NCBI GenBank assembly: GCA_030615745.1
Contig: JAUWYR010000004.1
Span: forward strand, 9,838-73,837
From: Candidatus Zixiibacteriota bacterium
GTDB lineage: Bacteria > Zixibacteria > MSB-5A5 > SM23-73-2
Direction of reading: 5' to 3'
DNA: 64,000 bases
The translations under genes and the position numbers were made by a program. Below, one piece after another: positions 9,735 to 18,474 of this stretch (within the stretch, counting starts at the first letter, position 1; every line of letters begins with the position of its first letter). Below the pieces are notes generated by a model. The model was given only the letters and a program-made list of their open reading frames with translations. It was not told where the DNA came from and searched no databases.

Positions 9735-9905
9735 TTTTTTTATAGAGGGAAAGATATAAAAAGGGGAAAGGACGCTTTTACAGGATAAAGAAAAATTAAA
9801 ACCGCAGTAAAGTTTAAAAAGCAAAATTAAAAAATTTAAAAAAATATTTATGAAAAGATGAAGATATTTTATGGTAATGCTCTGCAAAAGGTCAAAAAGT
9901 TCTAA

Positions 9906-10451
9906 ATGGCCATTAAAAAATCTGAAATTTTTCTAATTCCAAATCTTTTAACCCTTCTCCGCCTTATCTTACTCCCTTTTATCTTTTACTTCCTTTTAAA
10001 AAACACAACCAAAGATTTAATTTACGCCATAATACTTATGGGAATAGTATATTTTTCAGATATCTTCGATGGGTATTTAGCTCGAAAGCTGAATCAAAAG
10101 TCAGATTTCGGGAAGATTTTAGACCCGATTGTTGATAAAATAGTCATCTTTTGCTTTGGTTTATATGTTCTTTTTTATAAAGGATTTCCGCTCTGGGCTT
10201 TTGTGTTAATATTGATTAAAGACATTTCAATTCTTTCTGGTGGTCTATATCTTATCAAAAAGAAAAATGTAATTCCAACTCCTAATTTTTGGGGGAAATA
10301 CACTGCCTCAGTCTTAGGAGTAGTTTTGTTTTTGTATATACTGGAAATCGATTCTTTAAAAATTTTGGGTTTATGGATTGGTGTAGGAATGGTTCTGATT
10401 ACAATTTTTACCTATGTAAAACTTTTTATTCATAGCATGCAAAAAAGTTAA
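9906..10451 (+). CDS. pgsA: CDP-alcohol phosphatidyltransferase (PgsA-like)
   Basis: DG(x2)AR(x7)G(x3)D(x3)D motif DGYLARKLNQKSDFGKILDPIVDKI; multiple TM helices. Confidence 0.75.
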   Translation: MAIKKSEIFLIPNLLTLLRLILLPFIFYFLLKNTTKDLIYAIILMGIVYFSDIFDGYLARKLNQKSDFGKILDPIVDKIVIFCFGLYVLFYKGFPLWAFVLILIKDISILSGGLYLIKKKNVIPTPNFWGKYTASVLGVVLFLYILEIDSLKILGLWIGVGMVLITIFTYVKLFIHSMQKS

Positions 10452-10563
10452 AAGTCAAAGGTAAATCTTTTAGCTGATAATTTTTTTCAATAACAACAAG
10501 GATAATAATCTCTGAAGCTGAAAAAAAGTTTTTAAAAATTTTTTCAAACGAAACTTTATTCTC

Positions 10564-10588
10564 GGTATCGATCAAGAGATAAGATTTT
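10564..10588 (+). repeat. GGTATCGATCAAGAGATAAGATTTT dispersed repeat copy (intergenic)
   Basis: 16-mer identical to 8365/8979; 3' part ATCAAGAGATAAGATTT identical to 37844-37860. Confidence 0.55.
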
Positions 10589-10618
10589 CGTAAGTTTTAT
10601 CAAAAAAGGAGGATTTTT

Positions 10619-10801
10619 ATGTTTTATGGTCAACCCTGGTTTACATTTATAAACATTGGCAGAATGATTTTTTCATTAGTCCTTTTAGCATTAGTTATAA
10701 TAATTCCCATCGTCATCTACAATCTCGGTTCCAAGCTCGATAAGATAAATCAGAAACTTGACTACATCGGGGAGCTTTTAAGAACACAGCAAAGGGCATA
10801 A
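10619..10801 (+). CDS. small membrane protein, unknown function
   Basis: 60-aa ORF with one TM helix, GGA RBS upstream; weak support. Confidence 0.3.
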   Translation: MFYGQPWFTFINIGRMIFSLVLLALVIIIPIVIYNLGSKLDKINQKLDYIGELLRTQQRA

Positions 10802-10905
10802 GGTTATTTGAAAAACTGAATTTTTATATAAAATCCCCATTCTTACTCTCATGCGATTGTTATCTCTCTACTCAGCAAAGGGTAAGTTGGGATGGACTTT
10901 AAACT

Positions 10906-10927
10906 CCCTCTCCACAAGTGGAGAGGG
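10906..10927. other. perfect 10-bp-stem palindrome CCCTCTCCACAAGTGGAGAGGG
   Basis: intergenic hairpin; no T-run so not a classic terminator. Confidence 0.3.
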
Positions 10928-11045
10928 AAAAGGGTGAGGAAAGATCATTCATATAAAAAATAACGCGAAAAGCTTTCAATAAAACAGTTGCGAAACTTGG
11001 CTAAAATACTTATCTTGATTTTGAAAATTAGATAAAGGAGAAGCT

Positions 11046-11711
11046 ATGAGAAAGACGATAATTTTTATTTTAGCTTTATTTTTTCTTTTTGCAATTTTTC
11101 AAACATCTTTTGGCAAAAAGGAAAAGACCGGGAAAGTTAAAGGGAACGTTTTTACTGACAAAAAATTCGGATACCAGCTCACCTTTTTGGAAAACTGGAA
11201 GCTTTCAACTGAAAAAGAGCCCTCTCTGGTCCGGGCAACCTTGATGAAAAAAAACTACCAGGTTGACAGATCCACGAGATTCGGAGGGTATGAGGTAAAC
11301 ATCCCGACAATAATTATCTTAGCTGATACCACCTCCCTATCTCTGGAGGAGTTCAAAAATGCACTTCTGGAGGAGAGCAAAAAGATAAAGAATTTGGATA
11401 AGTATAGGCTGAAACTTGAGTTTTTAACCAACTCAGAGCTTTTGCAGGAAAGGGAGACCTTAGTCGATTCTATTCCAGCTTTTATTTTGACCTTTAAGAA
11501 AAGATATTTTAAGACCACTGTAGATGAAACCCGGGGTATAACTCCTGAGGGAACTGAAGTAATAGTTGAAGAGTTTATCGTCGGTCATATCGTTTTTTTC
11601 AAAAAGGAAAAAAATATTTTTTTGGTGCATTTTTCCTGTGAGCGACAATTCATCGGACCGAATCATCGTGAATTTACCAATATTATGAATGGATGGGAAT
11701 TTAAAGATTAA
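11046..11711 (+). CDS. secreted hypothetical protein
   Basis: N-terminal signal peptide (MRKTIIFILALFFLFAIFQTSFG); no recognisable domain. Confidence 0.5.
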   Translation: MRKTIIFILALFFLFAIFQTSFGKKEKTGKVKGNVFTDKKFGYQLTFLENWKLSTEKEPSLVRATLMKKNYQVDRSTRFGGYEVNIPTIIILADTTSLSLEEFKNALLEESKKIKNLDKYRLKLEFLTNSELLQERETLVDSIPAFILTFKKRYFKTTVDETRGITPEGTEVIVEEFIVGHIVFFKKEKNIFLVHFSCERQFIGPNHREFTNIMNGWEFKD

Positions 11712-11713
11712 AA

Positions 11714-11750
11714 TCCTAAATTCTAAATTCTAAATTCAAAATTCAAAATA
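11714..11750 (+). repeat. 7-nt microsatellite (TAAATTC/AAAATTC) x5
   Basis: CCTAAATTCTAAATTCTAAATTCAAAATTCAAAAT. Confidence 0.5.
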
Positions 11751-11843
11751 GAATATAAGCCTTCTTAATTGATCAATCGATAAAATGCTTGCTGATTAAC
11801 TTTTTAAGATTAAAGAAAATTTTTTAAAAAGTCCTCTTTTTGA

Positions 11844-11871
11844 TTGACAATAACTCTTTCAGATATTAATT
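11844..11871 (+). promoter_or_regulatory. possible sigma70-like promoter (TTGACA ... TATTAAT) upstream of lapA
   Basis: TTGACA at 11844-11849 with AT-rich -10-like hexamer about 15-17 nt downstream; spacing imperfect. Confidence 0.25.
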
Positions 11872-11896
11872 TAGAAATTAAATCGAAGGAGGTTGT

Positions 11897-12202
11897 ATGT
11901 GGGCTGTAAGATTTTTTCTGATTATAGTGATTATCATCTTGGTCATTGGCTTCTCCATATATAATTCAGCTGAGACGGTCGATGTTAATCTATTTGGCAA
12001 GGTGTATATAGATGTTCCAATGATCTACCTTGCTTTCTGGGCATTTGTCATCGGTATGTTGATTTCATTTCTTTTAGGCATAACCCACTACCTCAAATTT
12101 CAATCTGAACTCAGAGAACAGAAAAAGGGAAACAAAAGCCTAATGGAGGAGATCACCACTTTAAGAAATATCCCCTTGGAGGAGGATATAGAGGAAAAAT
12201 AG
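11897..12202 (+). CDS. lapA: lipopolysaccharide assembly protein A (LapA/DUF1049)
   Basis: two TM helices then coiled-coil; immediately upstream of lapB. Confidence 0.65.
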   Translation: MWAVRFFLIIVIIILVIGFSIYNSAETVDVNLFGKVYIDVPMIYLAFWAFVIGMLISFLLGITHYLKFQSELREQKKGNKSLMEEITTLRNIPLEEDIEEK

Positions 12203-12217
12203 TTGGGAGGATAAAAA

Positions 12218-13363
12218 GTGGAATATGTGCTTAACTGGTGGATTTTAGCGGGTATAGTAATTGTTATTTTTGTTTTAATCCTTTTCTGGTTTGGTTCAAA
12301 AAGAAAAAAAGCCAAGCCAGCAGAAAAAATCTATATTGAAGGATTAAAAGCTTTGGTGTCTGGCGAGGACAGGATAGCTTTTCAAGAATTCAGGAAGGTT
12401 GTCGATTTAGATACGAATAACATCGATGCTTATCTTAAATTGGGGGACCTTTTCAGAAAAAGAAAAAGGTTTGATCGAGCGCTTCAGATTCACAAACAGC
12501 TCCTTTTGCGGCATAATCTCACTTTTGAATCAAAAAAGGAGATAAAAAAAGCTATAGCCTCTGATTACATAGAATCTAAAGACTACAACCAGGCTTGCGC
12601 TGTTTTGGAGGATTTGTTGAAATCAGATGAAAAGGACTTCTGGGTGCTCTCGAAACTTTTAGCTGAATATGAGGAAAAAGAGGATTGGGAGAAAGCTTTC
12701 TACTTAAGAGAAAAATTTTTCAAAGACAAAAAAGAGAAAAGTCAGAAAATCTTAGCGCTTTATAAGGTCTTTATGGGTAAGAAATTAGCCTCTGAAAAAG
12801 AGTTCCACAAAGCAAGGATCTCTTATAAGGAGGCTTTGCATAAAGATGTTGGCTGTGTTCCAGCCTTAATCTTTTTGGGCGATGCATACTATGAGGAGAA
12901 AAGGGTAGAGGAGGCGATTTCATCCTGGAAAAAGCTTTTGGAGATAGCGCCGAAGTCCTCTTATCTGGTTTTCGAAAAGCTCGAAAAAGCTTTATTCGAA
13001 TTGGGAAACTACGGGGAGATAGAGAAAATCTATGACCTGGTATTAAGAAACGACCCCCAGAACATACAGGCGCTTTTCGCATTATCAATTTTAGATGAGA
13101 AAAGAGGGAGAAAATCTCAGGCAGAACAGAAACACCTGCAGATTTTAGACTCAGACCCTGATTTTTTACCTTCAAGGCTCAGCTTGATAAAGATATATCA
13201 GGATAAAGGGGAAAAAACTAAAGCTAAGGAGATGGTCGATTCTTTGTTTGATGACTTTTTTACCCAATCTGAGAAATTTTTCTGCGAGAGGTGTGGATAT
13301 AGCTCAACTGAGCCTTTGTGGAGATGCCCTTCTTGTAAGGAGTGGAATAGCTTCGGGATTTAA
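12218..13363 (+). CDS. lapB: lipopolysaccharide assembly protein B (YciM; TPR + C-terminal rubredoxin-like zinc ribbon)
   Basis: N-terminal TM, TPR repeats, C-terminal CERCGYSSTEPLWRCPSCKEWNSF; GTG start with GGGAGG RBS. Confidence 0.8.
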   Translation: MEYVLNWWILAGIVIVIFVLILFWFGSKRKKAKPAEKIYIEGLKALVSGEDRIAFQEFRKVVDLDTNNIDAYLKLGDLFRKRKRFDRALQIHKQLLLRHNLTFESKKEIKKAIASDYIESKDYNQACAVLEDLLKSDEKDFWVLSKLLAEYEEKEDWEKAFYLREKFFKDKKEKSQKILALYKVFMGKKLASEKEFHKARISYKEALHKDVGCVPALIFLGDAYYEEKRVEEAISSWKKLLEIAPKSSYLVFEKLEKALFELGNYGEIEKIYDLVLRNDPQNIQALFALSILDEKRGRKSQAEQKHLQILDSDPDFLPSRLSLIKIYQDKGEKTKAKEMVDSLFDDFFTQSEKFFCERCGYSSTEPLWRCPSCKEWNSFGI

Positions 13364-13431
13364 AAAAATAGTTTTTTTATCCTCTATTTAAAAAAGTTTT
13401 AATAACTAAAGAAAGTATCCTTTCGGTTCAG

Positions 13432-16047
13432 ATGGAGAAGATAGGAACCCCATTGATGAATCAATATTGTAAAATAAAATCTCTGTATCCACAAGAGATT
13501 TTGTTTTTCAGAATGGGGGATTTCTATGAGATGTTCGGAGAGGACGCCAAGATCGCATCAAAGATTTTGGGTATAGCTTTAACTTCACGGGCACATGGAA
13601 AATCGGAAAAAGTTCCTTTAGCTGGTGTCCCTTATCATTCAGCTGAAAAATATATATCACAATTATTAAGGGCCGGAAAGAAAGTGGTTATCTGTGAGCA
13701 AACAGAGGACCCCAAAACCGCAAAAGGGATTGTTAAAAGAGAGGTGGTTGAGCTTATCACCCCGGGAACAATAACCATCGATAGCCTTTTTGACTCGGAT
13801 GAAAAAATTTTTTTAGCAAGCCTTACCTTTGATGAACAAAATGCTGGTCTGGCAGTTTTAGACCTTTCCACAGGCGAGTTCAAAGTTGAGGAGGATTCTT
13901 TTCAGAAAGTAGTGGAGAAAATAAACGCGATAAAGCCAAAGGAGATACTTCTGCCTCAAAGACTCTCTGAGAAAAAATCACTTGAGCTTGAAGATTTAAA
14001 AAATCAAGCGACCCTTACCTTTCTTGATGATTACAAGTTCAGCTATGATTATGCTTATCAAACCATCACCAGCCACTTCAAGACAGCATCTCTGGATGGC
14101 TTTGGGATCTCGGATTTAAACTTGGGAATCTCGTCTGCTGGAAGCATCCTTTCTTATCTTGAGCAGACCAAAAAGACTTTCCTTTTGCACATCAATAAGA
14201 TAACAAAGGCATCTTATGATGAGTGTATGTTTTTGGACTTCACCACCTTGAGAAATCTGGAGATATTTTCTCCTTTCAGCTCAACTGATTCAAAGGATTT
14301 TTCTTTTAAGAAAAATAGTCTATTCCACATTCTGAATAAGACCAAAACCGCGATGGGAGCAAGGCTTTTAAAGGAATGGTTGAAAGCTCCCCTTTATAAT
14401 GTGGAAAAGATAAAACAAAGGCAAAACTCAGTATCTGAGCTTTTGGAAAAAAGGGATAAAACGTTTGATCTTACAAAACTTTTAGACAAAATCCAGGATA
14501 TAGAGAGGCTTGCTGGAAAGCTCGGTTATGGTAAAGCCAATCCAAAAGACCTTGTCGCACTGGGTTTGTCTTTGAAAAATGTTCCGGAGATTAAAAATCT
14601 TTTAAAAGAGTTTAACTCCGCTCTTTTGAAAAACATAAAAGAAAAACTACCCGATACCTCTGAGATAGTCGATCTGATCCAATCCTCAATTGTGGATGAC
14701 CCTCCTTCGGTTTTAACTGAGGGTGGAATTATAAAAAAAGGATACAGCCAAAAGCTTGATGAGTTAAAAGAAAAGATAAAAACATCCAGGGATTGGATAG
14801 CCACCCTTCAACAGACCGAGAGGGAAAAAACAAAAATCCCTACACTTAAGGTTGGTTTTAACCGGGTGTTCGGATATTATATAGAGATCACCAAGCGCCA
14901 TCTTTCCAAGGTTCCAGAGGGGTATATACGAAAGCAGACTCTAATAAATGCTGAGAGATTTGTCACCGAGGAGTTGAAAAAAAGGGAAGAGATAATCTTA
15001 GGTGCTGAGGAGAAAATCTTTGAACTCGAGCATGATCTTTTTTTAGAGATAAGGTCTAAGGTTGCAAAAAAAATTAAGGATATTCAGAAAACCTCTGAAT
15101 ACTTAGCCACTTTAGATATCTTGTTAAGTTTTAAGGAGGTGGTTTTAAATTATCGTTATGTTCGTCCTGAAATCGATTTAAGTGATGATATAATAATCGA
15201 GGATGGGAGACATCCGATTCTTGAACATCTGCTCGAAAAAGGATTTGTTCCAAATGATACAATAATCAATTCAGACGAAAAGATTCACATCATAACCGGA
15301 CCGAATATGGCTGGAAAGTCAACCTATTTGAGGCAGGTTGGACTTATAGTGCTTTTGGCTCAAGTTGGCTGTTTTGTTCCAGCTAAGAAAGCAAAAGTAG
15401 GTCTGGTGGACAGAATATTCACCAGGGTGGGTGCCTTGGATAGTATCGCAACAGGCAAAAGCACATTTTTGGTGGAGATGAACGAAACAGCCAATATATT
15501 AAACAATGCCACCTCGAAAAGCTTAATCCTTTTGGATGAGATCGGTAAGGGAACATCAACTTTTGATGGGCTTTCCATTGCCTGGGCTACAACTGAGTAT
15601 ATCCACTATCATCCCAAGCTTTGTTCCAGGACTTTAGTTGCAACCCATTTCCACGAGTTAACTGAGTTAGCCAAACTTCTTCCAAAGGTAAGAAACTATC
15701 AGATAAAGGTTAAGGAATGGAAAGATGAGATAATATTTTTAAGAAAGATCGTCCCCGGAGGATGCGATGACTCATTCGGAATTTATGTGGCAAAATTAGC
15801 TGGAGTTCCAAAGGAGGTCCTGGAAAGGTCAAGGGAGATATTGTTGAAATTAGAAGGAGAGGAGCTTTCTTACAAGAGGGTTTCAAAACCAGGGGCTTTC
15901 TCGCAAAAAAAATCTTATCAGTTAAGTATTTTTTCAGCTAAGGATAACGAACTTGCTCAGGATTTGAAGAAAATTAATATAAATAAGTTGACACCTCTGG
16001 AGGCTTTGAATAAGTTGGAGGAGTTGAAGAGGAAAGCGGAAGAATAA
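13432..16047 (+). CDS. mutS: DNA mismatch repair protein MutS
   Basis: mismatch-binding N-term, Walker A GPNMAGKSTYLRQV, DEIGKGTSTFDGLSIAWA. Confidence 0.92.
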   Translation: MEKIGTPLMNQYCKIKSLYPQEILFFRMGDFYEMFGEDAKIASKILGIALTSRAHGKSEKVPLAGVPYHSAEKYISQLLRAGKKVVICEQTEDPKTAKGIVKREVVELITPGTITIDSLFDSDEKIFLASLTFDEQNAGLAVLDLSTGEFKVEEDSFQKVVEKINAIKPKEILLPQRLSEKKSLELEDLKNQATLTFLDDYKFSYDYAYQTITSHFKTASLDGFGISDLNLGISSAGSILSYLEQTKKTFLLHINKITKASYDECMFLDFTTLRNLEIFSPFSSTDSKDFSFKKNSLFHILNKTKTAMGARLLKEWLKAPLYNVEKIKQRQNSVSELLEKRDKTFDLTKLLDKIQDIERLAGKLGYGKANPKDLVALGLSLKNVPEIKNLLKEFNSALLKNIKEKLPDTSEIVDLIQSSIVDDPPSVLTEGGIIKKGYSQKLDELKEKIKTSRDWIATLQQTEREKTKIPTLKVGFNRVFGYYIEITKRHLSKVPEGYIRKQTLINAERFVTEELKKREEIILGAEEKIFELEHDLFLEIRSKVAKKIKDIQKTSEYLATLDILLSFKEVVLNYRYVRPEIDLSDDIIIEDGRHPILEHLLEKGFVPNDTIINSDEKIHIITGPNMAGKSTYLRQVGLIVLLAQVGCFVPAKKAKVGLVDRIFTRVGALDSIATGKSTFLVEMNETANILNNATSKSLILLDEIGKGTSTFDGLSIAWATTEYIHYHPKLCSRTLVATHFHELTELAKLLPKVRNYQIKVKEWKDEIIFLRKIVPGGCDDSFGIYVAKLAGVPKEVLERSREILLKLEGEELSYKRVSKPGAFSQKKSYQLSIFSAKDNELAQDLKKININKLTPLEALNKLEELKRKAEE

Positions 16048-16097
16048 TGAAGAATGACGGATGAAGAATGATTAATGACGAATGACGGATGACGAAT
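16041..16097 (+). repeat. GAATGA/ATGACGAAT iteron-like repeat block (left inverted repeat of 4HB cassette)
   Basis: 2x ATGACGAAT here vs 2x ATTCGTCAT at 16471-16500 and 18422-18452. Confidence 0.55.
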
Positions 16098-16472
16098 ATG
16101 GCGGTTTATAAAAAGTTTGAGGATTTGCCTGTGTGGATTTTGGCGAAGGATTTGGCGGTAAAAATATATCAGGTGAGCAAGGGAGAAAAATTTCGTAAGG
16201 ATTATGCTTTGGTTGACCAGATTCGAAGGGCATCTATTTCTATTTCGAGTAATATCGCTGAGGGGTTTGAAAGGGGATCGAAAAAAGAATTTATTCAATT
16301 TCTCTATATAGCCAAGGGTTCTTTAGGTGAAGTGAGAAGTCAATTGCAAGTTTGCTTTGAACTGGGTTATATGAATGAGCAAAACCTGAAAACTCTTTTA
16401 TTGCAGAGTTATGACCTCTCGAATCAATTAGGTGCTTTTATTTCATCAATTAAGAAGAGGATTAGAATTTAA
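16089..16472 (+). CDS. four-helix-bundle protein (TIGR02436 / 23S rRNA intervening-sequence protein family; Avd-like)
   Basis: KFEDLPVW...YQVSKGEKFRKDYALVDQIRRASISISSNIAEGFERGSKKEFIQFLYIAKGSLGEVRSQL is the hallmark of this family. Confidence 0.85.
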   Translation: MTNMAVYKKFEDLPVWILAKDLAVKIYQVSKGEKFRKDYALVDQIRRASISISSNIAEGFERGSKKEFIQFLYIAKGSLGEVRSQLQVCFELGYMNEQNLKTLLLQSYDLSNQLGAFISSIKKRIRI

Positions 16473-16522
16473 TTCGTCATCATTCATCAATCATTCGTCA
16501 TAATTTAAGGATGAAAAATAAG
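16460..16522 (+). repeat. 63-nt direct repeat, copy 1 (GATTA(G)AATTTAATTCGTCATCATTCATCAATCATTCGTCATAATTTAAGGATGAAAAATAAG)
   Basis: 62/63 identical to 18412-18474; includes mutL RBS and first four codons. Confidence 0.8.
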
Positions 16523-16562
16523 CTTATCATATTACTCGCAGTTGACAGGAGGTTGGTTAAAA

Positions 16563-18287
16563 ATGGGGAATAAAAAACAAAAGCCTGCAAAAATCTTGTT
16601 GGATGTTCCTGTTGATGATGGGGTTTTAGGTTTTGATAATTATAGGGATGCTTTGATAAATATTATCAAAAGCTCCGAACCAAGGTTCACTATTGGAATC
16701 TTCGGTGGCTGGGGAACTGGGAAGACTACTTTGATGAAGATGATGAAGAAAAAGTTGGATGATGAGGGAGAGGCTACGGTTTGGTTTAATCCCTGGGAAT
16801 ATGAGAAAGAGGAGCATTTGATAATTCCATTATTGCAAACAATTAATTTTGAGCTTAAAGATAAGAAACTACTAAATCCTCAAACACTTAAAAAGTTTGG
16901 CAAAGCTATACTTGCTTTAACCTCTGGCTTTACCGCAAAAATACCGGTAATTGGAGTGGAACTTAGCCCTAAAGATGCTATAGAATCTTACCAGAAACTT
17001 TTCGAAAGTAAAAACCTTTCATCCCTTTATTTTGACCTTAAGCAACAGTTGAAGGATATCATTAAAGAACTTAAAGAAAAAGAGAAATCAAGAATGATAA
17101 TCTTTGTTGATGACCTCGATAGATGTTTACCAGATAGGGCACTTCAGGTGTTAGAATCAGTGAAATTATTTTTGGATGCAGAAGGTTATGTTTTTGTATT
17201 GGGTTTAGACCGCAGTATCATTGAAAAGTGTGTTAACAGAAAATATGGCGAAAACTCAGGAATTAGTGGGACTGACTATATAAAGAAGATGATTCAGGTT
17301 CCTTTTAATTTACCTGGATTAAGGGAGCAGGAAGTTAAGGCTTATGTTAAACGATTACGAGACGAGATAAAAGGGACAGACGTAGAGGTATATGTTGAAA
17401 AGTATATTGACATAATTTCTAAAGGAATGGAGGCGAATCCGAGGGAGATAAAAAGATTTATAAATAATTTCATTTTAATAAATCAAATAAGCGCAGGAGA
17501 AACAGAGCCCGATAAGTTATTAGTTTTGTTAATAATCCAGTTCAGATGGGAGGGATTTTACAATGCACTAGCTGAATATAAGACAGATTTTCTGGCTTCG
17601 GTACTAGCATATACGGAGGAAGATAGAGACGTAAAATCTGAGCAGGGAAGAAAACAATTCCTAGAGCACTGGGGATACTTAGAGTTATTAGAAAAGACCT
17701 TAGATGATGACTTAAACTCTTTTTTGAAGGGGGAAGGTAAAATCTTATTCGGAATCCAAGATTTAGACCCCTATATCCATTTTTCCAAAGCTGCAAAGAT
17801 ACCTGAAGCAGAAGTAAAAGCTCTTACAAAAGAAAAGTTAATTTCTTTATTAAGAAATGGAAGAATAGATGAGTTTAATAAAATTCGTCCACGCCCGACA
17901 GTAGATTTGGCAGGAGCTGATCTGAGCGGAACTCATTTAAGTGAAGCTAATCTGAGAGGAGCTAATCTGAGAGAAGCTAAGATGAGCGAATCTGATCTGC
18001 GCGGAGCCAATCTAGCGGAAGCAGATATAGGGAAAGCCCGCTTTTGGCGATCTAATCTAAGCGGAGCTGATTTAAATAGAATCATAATTGATGATTACAC
18101 TATTTTTTTCAAAACAATCATTGAGAATGTCAAGAATCTATCGGAAGAAATAAGAGAGACATTAGATATTGAAATAGAAGACGGTGTTGAAAAAGCTACA
18201 AGCAAAGGGCTTTTCGAGAAAAAGGCGAAGGAAGAAAAGGTAGAATCGTCGGATATGAAATCTGACGCTACGAAAGAAAAATCATAA
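16563..18287 (+). CDS. KAP-family P-loop NTPase fused to C-terminal pentapeptide repeats
   Basis: Walker A GIFGGWGTGKTTLMKMM, Walker B IIFVDDLDRC, KAP-type architecture; C-term AGADLSGTHLSEANLRGANLREAKMSESDLRGANLAEADIGKARFWRSNLSGADL; ATG 16563 with AGGAGG RBS preferred over TTG 16542. Confidence 0.8.
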   Translation: MGNKKQKPAKILLDVPVDDGVLGFDNYRDALINIIKSSEPRFTIGIFGGWGTGKTTLMKMMKKKLDDEGEATVWFNPWEYEKEEHLIIPLLQTINFELKDKKLLNPQTLKKFGKAILALTSGFTAKIPVIGVELSPKDAIESYQKLFESKNLSSLYFDLKQQLKDIIKELKEKEKSRMIIFVDDLDRCLPDRALQVLESVKLFLDAEGYVFVLGLDRSIIEKCVNRKYGENSGISGTDYIKKMIQVPFNLPGLREQEVKAYVKRLRDEIKGTDVEVYVEKYIDIISKGMEANPREIKRFINNFILINQISAGETEPDKLLVLLIIQFRWEGFYNALAEYKTDFLASVLAYTEEDRDVKSEQGRKQFLEHWGYLELLEKTLDDDLNSFLKGEGKILFGIQDLDPYIHFSKAAKIPEAEVKALTKEKLISLLRNGRIDEFNKIRPRPTVDLAGADLSGTHLSEANLRGANLREAKMSESDLRGANLAEADIGKARFWRSNLSGADLNRIIIDDYTIFFKTIIENVKNLSEEIRETLDIEIEDGVEKATSKGLFEKKAKEEKVESSDMKSDATKEKS

Positions 18288-18297
18288 TGGAGTCAAT

Positions 18298-18396
18298 GTA
18301 GGGACGGTCCTCGTGGCTGTCCGCCTAAGGATTCGGACAGGGACCCCCCGCCAGAGGCGGGGGATTTCGCTATGCTCAACAAACCCTGTCCTTACG
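18298..18396 (-). repeat. REP-like element, inverted-orientation variant
   Basis: rc contains GGGTTTGTTGAGCATAGCGAAATCCC matching GGGGTTTGTTGAGCGAAGCGAAATCCC of 25650-25676; CCCCCGCC...GGCGGGGG stem. Confidence 0.55.
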
Positions 18397-18411
18397 TAAA
18401 ACCAAAAAAAG

Positions 18412-18474
18412 GATTAAAATTTAATTCGTCATCATTCATCAATCATTCGTCATAATTTAAGGATGAAAAATAAG
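18412..18474 (+). repeat. 63-nt direct repeat, copy 2 (overlaps authentic mutL start)
   Basis: see 16460-16522. Confidence 0.8.

Noticed and set aside
16542-16562. TTG start for the KAP NTPase given by the ORF track
   Set aside because: An ATG at 16563 sits 8 nt after a perfect AGGAGG; the upstream TTG codons lie inside the duplicated mutL 5' segment.
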